64,000 bases of DNA from Candidatus Kerfeldbacteria bacterium (GTDB lineage Bacteria > Patescibacteriota > Patescibacteriia > SBBC01 > CAIJZX01), in NCBI GenBank assembly GCA_903825245.1, contig CAIJZX010000012.1:76059-140058 (forward strand), written 5' to 3'. The notes beneath the pieces were generated by a model that made no database searches, was not told the DNA's origin, and saw nothing but the letters and a program-made list of their open reading frames with translations. The first letter of the stretch is position 1; every line of letters starts with the position of its first letter. Positions 57,728-64,000 of this stretch are shown here, piece after piece. The translations under genes were made by a program, and so were the position numbers.

Positions 57728-58348
57728 CTATCTGATTGTCGGCTGTGTTGCCTCGTCGAGGTGTGTTGAGTCGTTGATAATATGGGCGACGTGGGAGTCA
57801 TCATCGCGCATTTGGACAATCGTTACGCCGGTGTTGACGGTCCGAATTGGCGGATCTTTCTCGTAGTCTTGTTTCAGCAAATACACCAGCAGGGCACGAA
57901 TAAATCCCATGTGTGAGACGACCAGCACGGTTTTTCCCGCATATTCTTTCCGAAACTGTTGAATGAAGTGCGCAGCCCGGTCTCGCGTTTCCAACATTGA
58001 TTCACCATTGACCGGGCGATACTCATACCATTTCACGCCGCTTTTTTCGGCTGCGGCCATAAATTCTTCCCGCGGCTTGCCTTCCATCTCGCCCATGTGG
58101 CGTTCGCGAAGATCTTCGCTGATATGTAAGGCAATCCCCGGATGAAATTGCAAAATCCCCTGCGCCGTATCGCGCGCCCGCTCAGCGTCGCTCGTAAACG
58201 CGGCATCAATGTGTTCGTTTTTTAGCCGGTCAGCCACGCGCTCAACTTGTGCTTTTCCTTTTTCCGTCAGACGCGATGGACCGTGCGCGACCATCAGCGG
58301 TCCGACGTTATGTTCCGCTTCAGCGTGACGTACAATGATGAGTTTCAT
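57728..58348 (-). CDS. Histidine phosphatase family protein
   Basis: IVRHAE, SD..RA..TA, LRER, GES, VVSH. Confidence 0.92.
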   Translation of the reverse strand: MKLIIVRHAEAEHNVGPLMVAHGPSRLTEKGKAQVERVADRLKNEHIDAAFTSDAERARDTAQGILQFHPGIALHISEDLRERHMGEMEGKPREEFMAAAEKSGVKWYEYRPVNGESMLETRDRAAHFIQQFRKEYAGKTVLVVSHMGFIRALLVYLLKQDYEKDPPIRTVNTGVTIVQMRDDDSHVAHIINDSTHLDEATQPTIR

Positions 58349-58450
58349 CCCGTTAGAGGTGATTGAAATAAGAACTATCTGAATTGTTTCTGGTAGAAAC
58401 TTGAAATGCGACTTTCGGAATTTGCATAGTATTGGTCACCTCTAACGGGA
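58348..58450. mobile_element. 103-bp MITE-like element at the phosphatase start codon
   Basis: 15-bp perfect TIR TCCCGTTAGAGGTGA; TTTCA duplicated at 58343-47 and 58451-55. Confidence 0.8.
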
Positions 58451-58458
58451 TTTCATGA

Positions 58459-59085
58459 TTACGCGTTTTCTCCTTCTTCGTTAACATGTGTAAGATGACT
58501 AACGTCATTTATTAACATTGGCTTAGCCGGTCCTTGTATTGGAATGTCGAGTATCGTTACAGCCGTATTGTGATGATGGTATTCTTCTTTTTCCACATCA
58601 GCACCTTCTTCGAGCGCCCATTCCATCAATGTTGAAAGAAAGAGTCCATGGCTAACAACTACCACCGTGCGTTTTGCATCGCGAACACGATGGTCCTCAT
58701 ACCATCGCCGCGCACGTTCTTTCACCTCGCGCATTGACTCGCCACCCTCCGGTTTCCAATCGCGAAAATGTTGCCCGGATTTTATGAACGCTTCTTTTTT
58801 TGCTACTACCGGCTGGTGGGTAAAAACACCCGAATCCCGTTCACGAAGTTCAACTTCTTGTGCCTGTTTTGCTTCCGGATGATGTTCAGCGATGAGCGAT
58901 GCCGTCTGTTGGGCGCGAATCATATCGCTCGAATAGATGATATCGATTTGTTCATCAGCCAAACGCCGAGCCACAGCCGCCGCTTGACTTAGACCTACCT
59001 TATTCAATGCCATATCACTCGATCCAGCTAGTGTTTCAGATACGTTTCGATCGGTTTCGCCGTGACGGACGATAATGAGTTTCAT
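58459..59085 (-). CDS. Histidine phosphatase family protein
   Basis: IVRHGET, SSDMIRA.QTA, GGES, VVSHG. Confidence 0.93.
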   Translation of the reverse strand: MKLIIVRHGETDRNVSETLAGSSDMALNKVGLSQAAAVARRLADEQIDIIYSSDMIRAQQTASLIAEHHPEAKQAQEVELRERDSGVFTHQPVVAKKEAFIKSGQHFRDWKPEGGESMREVKERARRWYEDHRVRDAKRTVVVVSHGLFLSTLMEWALEEGADVEKEEYHHHNTAVTILDIPIQGPAKPMLINDVSHLTHVNEEGENA

Positions 59086-59597
59086 GGTTGCAGAATTTGC
59101 TCCCAGCCACCGTTTGGTGCCGTGCGCACAAATACAGACAGTTCTTCGATGTTACAGCTACCTTCTACGGTTTGAGATTGAACTGCGTCCCAAACCGATT
59201 GGAAAACATTATCCGGAATGTTGTTGGCAACGGTAACATGATACACAGAATCTCTTCCTCCCCGGTATTGACCGCTATCAAGGTGCTCAAGTTCCGGAAA
59301 TTTTTGGCGCAACTCCTTGGAAACACTTCTTAGCTCTTCTTGTCCTGGGTCAAGCCAAAGGACACTATGCTCGAGATGATGAAATGATTGCCATCCCTGA
59401 AAGGTAATATTCAGGGTGTAGCGGGTTGTGAAGATATGTTTTTTGATCGCTCCAGGTAAAGCACGAAATGGCGGAATAATCGTGATATGCGACGGCAATG
59501 TACTCTTCGTCCAACGATCGTATTTTTTTCGCAGCTGAACAAGTTGCGTTTGAAACGGCTCGGGTAAAACAGCGATAATGACATACTCGTAACCCAT
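59082..59597 (-). CDS. 2H phosphoesterase (2'-5' RNA ligase family)
   Basis: Two HxT motifs: HITI and HVTV. Confidence 0.85.
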   Translation of the reverse strand: MGYEYVIIAVLPEPFQTQLVQLRKKYDRWTKSTLPSHITIIPPFRALPGAIKKHIFTTRYTLNITFQGWQSFHHLEHSVLWLDPGQEELRSVSKELRQKFPELEHLDSGQYRGGRDSVYHVTVANNIPDNVFQSVWDAVQSQTVEGSCNIEELSVFVRTAPNGGWEQILQP

Positions 59598-59692
59598 ACA
59601 TGCAGTATATCACTTATTACCTTACATTTCTTAATGGGACTGAGTCCCAATAAGGAAATAACAACAACACCGCGGGTTTCCTCCCACCACCC

Positions 59693-59718
59693 AAAAGCCC
59701 TCCTCAGGCAGGAGGGCT
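59693..59718 (-). terminator. Intrinsic terminator after fusA
   Basis: AGCCCTCCT-CAGGC-AGGAGGGCT with A-tract on + strand. Confidence 0.75.
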
Positions 59719-59743
59719 AGTCGCGTTGTGAAGAATGGTATTG

Positions 59744-61822
59744 TTAGGCCTTCGCTTTATCCCCCACAATCGCTTCCGCCACGTTGCGCGGAACTTCTTG
59801 GTAGTGCGAGAATTCCATTGAGTATGATGCGCGGCCTTGGGTCATGGAACGAATTGCTGTTGCATACCCGAACATTTCGCCGAGCGGCACGTGAGCATCA
59901 ATAACTTTCGCCTGGCCGCGGTTGGACATTTCGTTAATGACCGCGCGCTTCGCGTTCAAGTCGCCGATAACGTCGCCCATATTCGCTTCCGGCGTAATGA
60001 CTTCTACTTTCATGATTGGTTCAAGCAATACCGGTTTGGCTTTGCGGCAGGCCTCTTTGAAGCCCATCGAACCGGCGATTTTGAAAGCCGCTTCAGACGA
60101 GTCAACGTCGTGCGATGAACCATCGAAGACTGTCGCCTTTACGTCGACCATCGGATAACCGGCGACCACGCCGTTGTCCATAGATTCTTTAACGCCTTTT
60201 TGAATTGGTTGGATGAATTCTTTCGGAATTGAGCCACCTTTTACTTCGTCGATAAATTCGAAACCTTTGCCTTTTTCATTCGGTTCAACGCGGATCCAAC
60301 AATGGCCATACTGACCGCGTCCGCCGGACTGCTTGATGTATTTACCTTCACCTTCTGCCATTTGGGTAATTGTTTCACGATAGGCAACGCGTGGCCGGCC
60401 AACATTGGCTTCAACTTTAAATTCACGCTTCATACGATCAACAATGATGTCGAGGTGGAGTTCACCCATACCGGAAATAATCGTCTGGCCGGTTTCTTCA
60501 TCACCGTGCACGCGGAAGGTCGGATCTTCTTCCGCCAATCGCGAGAGGGCCATGCCCATCTTTTCTTGGTCTTGTTTCGTCTTCGGTTCGATCGCGATGT
60601 CGATCACCGGTTCCGGGAAGACAATGTTTTCGAGTTTCAACGGATGATCCGGATCGCACAGCGTATCACCGGTAACCGTTCCCTTCAAACCGATAGCGGC
60701 GGCAATTTCACCGGAGAAAACTTCGTCCACATCTTCACGTGAGTTGGCATGGAGTCGAACGATACGGCCAATGCGTTCTTTATTGCCAGTGGTCGTGTTC
60801 AAGACATACGAACCTGCGGCTAAATGGCCGGAGTAGACGCGGAAGAACGCCAACTTACCAACGAACGGATCAGTAGCGATTTTAAACGCGAGGGCAGTGA
60901 AAGGCGCGTCATCGCTGGCCGGACATTCAATTTCGGCGTCCGTTTTCGGATCAGTACCGACGAGTGCTTTCACGTCAAGCGGCGACGGCAGGTAATCATT
61001 GACGGCATCGAGAAGGAATTGCACGCCTTTGTTCTTCAAAGCTGAACCGCAAAGCACCGGCACTAAGGTGTTGGAGATGACCGCTTTGCGCAAGGCGGCT
61101 TTCATTTCGGCAATTGAGGGTTCTTTACCGCCGAGATACATTTCTAAAAGTTTATCATCCGTTTCACAAACCGCTTCCACGAGACGGTGGCGATATTCTT
61201 CCACCTTGTCTTTCATGTCTGCAGGAACATCGGTCTGTTCAAACTCTTTACCCATTTCATCTTTGTAGATTTCGGCTTTGCGCTCGAAGAGATCGATAAT
61301 ACCAGTGAAGGTTTCGGCGGCGCCGATTGGCAGTTGTACCGGATAAGCGCTCGTCGTTAAGCGTTCATGAATCGACTTGATGTCAAAATAAAAGTCGGCG
61401 CCCATACGATCCATCTTGTTGATGAAACAAATACGCGGGACATGGTACTTTTCCGCTTGATGCCACACTGTTTCCGATTGCGGTTCTACGCCGGCTACAC
61501 CGTCGAAGACAACCACGCCGCCATCGAGCACGCGGAGAGAACGCTGCACTTCGACCGTAAAGTCAATGTGTCCCGGGGTATCAATAATATTGATACGATG
61601 GTCTTTCCAGAAACAGGTCGTGGCGGCGGCGGTAATCGTAATACCGCGTTCTTTTTCCTGTTCCATCCAGTCCATTTCGGCCGCACCCTCGTGCACTTCG
61701 CCGATTTTGTGCTTCTTGCCAGTATAGAAAAGAATGCGCTCCGAGACGGTGGTTTTTCCCGCGTCAATGTGAGCGATGATTCCGATGTTACGGGTTTGTT
61801 CGAGAGAGTATTCACGTGCCAT
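59744..61822 (-). CDS. fusA: Elongation factor G
   Basis: [31 protein letters not shown]. Confidence 0.99.
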   Translation of the reverse strand: MAREYSLEQTRNIGIIAHIDAGKTTVSERILFYTGKKHKIGEVHEGAAEMDWMEQEKERGITITAAATTCFWKDHRINIIDTPGHIDFTVEVQRSLRVLDGGVVVFDGVAGVEPQSETVWHQAEKYHVPRICFINKMDRMGADFYFDIKSIHERLTTSAYPVQLPIGAAETFTGIIDLFERKAEIYKDEMGKEFEQTDVPADMKDKVEEYRHRLVEAVCETDDKLLEMYLGGKEPSIAEMKAALRKAVISNTLVPVLCGSALKNKGVQFLLDAVNDYLPSPLDVKALVGTDPKTDAEIECPASDDAPFTALAFKIATDPFVGKLAFFRVYSGHLAAGSYVLNTTTGNKERIGRIVRLHANSREDVDEVFSGEIAAAIGLKGTVTGDTLCDPDHPLKLENIVFPEPVIDIAIEPKTKQDQEKMGMALSRLAEEDPTFRVHGDEETGQTIISGMGELHLDIIVDRMKREFKVEANVGRPRVAYRETITQMAEGEGKYIKQSGGRGQYGHCWIRVEPNEKGKGFEFIDEVKGGSIPKEFIQPIQKGVKESMDNGVVAGYPMVDVKATVFDGSSHDVDSSEAAFKIAGSMGFKEACRKAKPVLLEPIMKVEVITPEANMGDVIGDLNAKRAVINEMSNRGQAKVIDAHVPLGEMFGYATAIRSMTQGRASYSMEFSHYQEVPRNVAEAIVGDKAKA

Positions 61823-61833
61823 ACAATATGTCC

Positions 61834-62649
61834 TTACTGTTTAACGAAATCAATCAATTGTTGAAGAGAAAAGTTTGTCGATTTTTGTCCGGTCGTCGGA
61901 TCGACGTTAGCGGTCAGAATTTTCTTGCTTTGATGTAAATACCATGTCCCCGGTTCGAGCGCATTCAGTTTTGCGTAGAGCTCCGTTAAATCGACATCGC
62001 TAGCGGCCGGAGCGCGGAAATCACCGAACGGCTTCGTCGGGTCGGTTTGGACGCGAAGGAGAAAATTGTGGTGGTAGGCGATCGCATCGGAACCTCGGAA
62101 ACTGCTATGGACACCGACCGCTTTACCCCATTTCGTATCGAATTCAATCCGCTGATCCCAATCTTTCAAAAATTTTGCGCGTTCATTGAGCTGAGCAACT
62201 ACGGCAGCCACGATATCAATACCCTTCTTCATCAAAATCTGGTCATCTTGTTCTATCATCCAAATCCCGCGCAGAATTGCCGGAATGGAAAAACTCGTGT
62301 AATTCGGATCGGTAATTTCCCATTGCCCAGTATCTTCTTTATGGGCGTAATCAACGAGCCATTCAATCGCCTTATCTTCATACTGGTCGTTCGGAATCAA
62401 CCCGCGATGCATCAAGTCTTGATAGACGAGCTGATTGCACGAGTGGCCGACTTTGAGTCCGTGTTCATCAAATTTTCCACGACCGACACCGATCGCTAAA
62501 TAGTTATCCCCGGTCGGAACATTGTGGCCATCAGTCGTATAGCCAACAAATTCAAATGTCGCGTCTTTCAGCGAGGGATCGAACGTGGTGAGTAGCCAGG
62601 CAGCTACAACTTCGTCGAGGTGTGGCTTTTTGTGGGTGACAATAATCAT
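61834..62649 (-). CDS. MYG1/DHH-like phosphoesterase
   Basis: [22 protein letters not shown]. Confidence 0.65.
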   Translation of the reverse strand: MIIVTHKKPHLDEVVAAWLLTTFDPSLKDATFEFVGYTTDGHNVPTGDNYLAIGVGRGKFDEHGLKVGHSCNQLVYQDLMHRGLIPNDQYEDKAIEWLVDYAHKEDTGQWEITDPNYTSFSIPAILRGIWMIEQDDQILMKKGIDIVAAVVAQLNERAKFLKDWDQRIEFDTKWGKAVGVHSSFRGSDAIAYHHNFLLRVQTDPTKPFGDFRAPAASDVDLTELYAKLNALEPGTWYLHQSKKILTANVDPTTGQKSTNFSLQQLIDFVKQ

Positions 62650-63350
62650 GATTGTTCTTTGTGCTGTTCGCGCCAATCAGAAGTGGCTTTCAACATGCTT
62701 GTATGTTCATCGTTAAGTTTATCTTGGGCTTTCTTTAAACATCGTGCTACAGCTTGTAATGTATATGAATCAAAATTGCGGAGCTTCACATCATCCTTTA
62801 ATACCGCAGAAACCTGTTCCATAGGAATTTTTCCTAACAATGTGCCAACATCTTGATAGGTCGTTTCAAAGATGTTTTTTGATTTGGTAACGATCTTTCG
62901 CATCGAATCCGGAACCGTGGTAACAGCAATATCCGCCATCATGGCAAGAATGTCTTGATAAAAGCCCGGAACGGATTCTGCATATTGCGGAATTTCGCGG
63001 CGTGCCTGTTCCTGGTCGTTCAACTCATGTGATTCAACATGATCGTTGATATGCCGCAGAGCCGTATCACTGGTTACCACTTGGGTGGCGACATACGGGT
63101 GCTCGGCTTGGAGACGTTTTTGAATATCGGCAATCGTATCCGGATCCGGATGTTCTTTCTTTTGCTCAACGGATAATTCGTCAATTAACACATCAACAAC
63201 ACTTAGCGGATCGCCTTCGATCTGCTCGGCGTGCTTCGCCATAATTTTTCCGGCAGCTTGAACTGCGGACTCATGATCGATGTCCGTGCGAAAATGGTTC
63301 TCACGCTCTGCGGAGAACTCGTCGAATCGGCCGGTGTCAGGATCGGACAT
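62646..63350 (-). CDS. Acidic helical hypothetical protein
   Basis: 234-aa ORF coupled to neighbours. Confidence 0.65.
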   Translation of the reverse strand: MSDPDTGRFDEFSAERENHFRTDIDHESAVQAAGKIMAKHAEQIEGDPLSVVDVLIDELSVEQKKEHPDPDTIADIQKRLQAEHPYVATQVVTSDTALRHINDHVESHELNDQEQARREIPQYAESVPGFYQDILAMMADIAVTTVPDSMRKIVTKSKNIFETTYQDVGTLLGKIPMEQVSAVLKDDVKLRNFDSYTLQAVARCLKKAQDKLNDEHTSMLKATSDWREQHKEQS

Positions 63351-63353
63351 AGT

Positions 63354-63842
63354 CTATGCTCCTTCCTCTCGCAAATGTACGGCCAGTCGCTCCTTGAGCG
63401 CAAGTACCTGACTATGCAATTGTAATAATCTAAATATGGTCACTTGAGGGTCAATCTTGCTAGCCGTTTCAGGATTCATTATTTCTCTAAAACGCTTGAT
63501 ATCTTCTTGTAAATCTTCACCGTATGCCAGCCACATATCTTCAAGTGTACTGCCGGGTTTTGGCCAATGATCTTTCATGAATCTAAATATCTCCTCATAA
63601 TTTTTCGGAATCGCTTTAATTGCTTCATTCCATTCAGGGAGTTCCTTTTCAAGTCGATGTAACTTCATTTGGTTCCGATCAGCACCAAGTACTTGTTGCT
63701 CGTTTAATGCACTTTCAAGCTCTCGAATAACATTTCCCGGTAAAAAAACATTACGATCAGCCTGTTCAGACTTCGGTGTAATTCCTTCAGCTGTCCGATA
63801 CTCTTCCGGCGATAATCGACCGCCCGGTTCCTGTTCGCCCAT
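63354..63842 (-). CDS. Acidic helical hypothetical protein
   Basis: 162-aa ORF directly after rpsG. Confidence 0.65.
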   Translation of the reverse strand: MGEQEPGGRLSPEEYRTAEGITPKSEQADRNVFLPGNVIRELESALNEQQVLGADRNQMKLHRLEKELPEWNEAIKAIPKNYEEIFRFMKDHWPKPGSTLEDMWLAYGEDLQEDIKRFREIMNPETASKIDPQVTIFRLLQLHSQVLALKERLAVHLREEGA

Positions 63843-63847
63843 ACGCG

Positions 63848-64000
63848 TTACGCGAAGTGAGCAAACGCGCGGTTCGCTTCAGCCATACGGTGGACGTCAA
63901 GCTTCTTCTTCATAGCATCACCTTGTCCGGTTGAAGCCAGAACCAACTCTTCGGCCAACTTGATGGCCATCGGACGACCTTTCTTCGATCGAGCAGCATT
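63848..64000 (-). CDS. rpsG: 30S ribosomal protein uS7 (3' part)
   Basis: Manual translation ...[22 protein letters not shown]. Confidence 0.97.
   Translation of the reverse strand, partial: NAARSKKGRPMAIKLAEELVLASTGQGDAMKKKLDVHRMAEANRAFAHFA

Noticed and set aside
59626-59657. Third copy of the TCCCGTTAGA MITE
   Set aside because: Hairpin with only degenerate similarity, ends in the opposite orientation, and no TSD
42472-61822. Numerous + strand ORFs antisense to ribosomal protein, tuf and fusA genes
   Set aside because: Shadow frames of conserved genes
1-64000. Alternative genetic code (UGA=Gly)
   Set aside because: Conserved genes are full length under code 11 and TGA is used as a stop (e.g. 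adk, rpsE, rplC)

Overview
A Patescibacteria (CPR)-like bacterial chromosome segment. The evidence is the S10-spc ribosomal cluster lacking uL30, a short ProRS, core genes mostly without SD sequences, and standard code 11. Core content is proS, dnaB, a DnaQ-like exonuclease, ybaB-recR, rplU, a WecA/MraY-like transferase, ruvX/yqgF, map-adk-secY-spc-S10, tuf, fusA and the 3' part of rpsG. Accessory highlights: (1) A ~9.07 kb element is integrated at the CCA end of tRNA-Lys(TTT). Its large serine recombinase has no stop codon inside the element; it reads through attL into the antisense tRNA and would get a different 59-aa C-terminus on the excised circle. A symmetric 56-bp attP can be reconstructed by eye. 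The element also carries a TerS-like gene and a candidate multi-branch structured RNA. (2) At least eight dispersed orphan transcription units share an expression grammar (TTGAC-N16-18-TARNN[T/C] promoter, often a boxA-like motif, strong GGAG(G) SD) that the core genes do not use. One is an operon of tiny phage-early-like ORFs between fusA and tuf, and another encodes a protein with a FlgD-Ig/T9SS-like tail. (3) Two MITE-like elements (TCCCGTTAGA ends, 5-bp TSD) are each inserted exactly at a start codon, one of them that of dnaB. (4) A tandem repeat with a structured insert regenerates a second empty attB downstream of the island.
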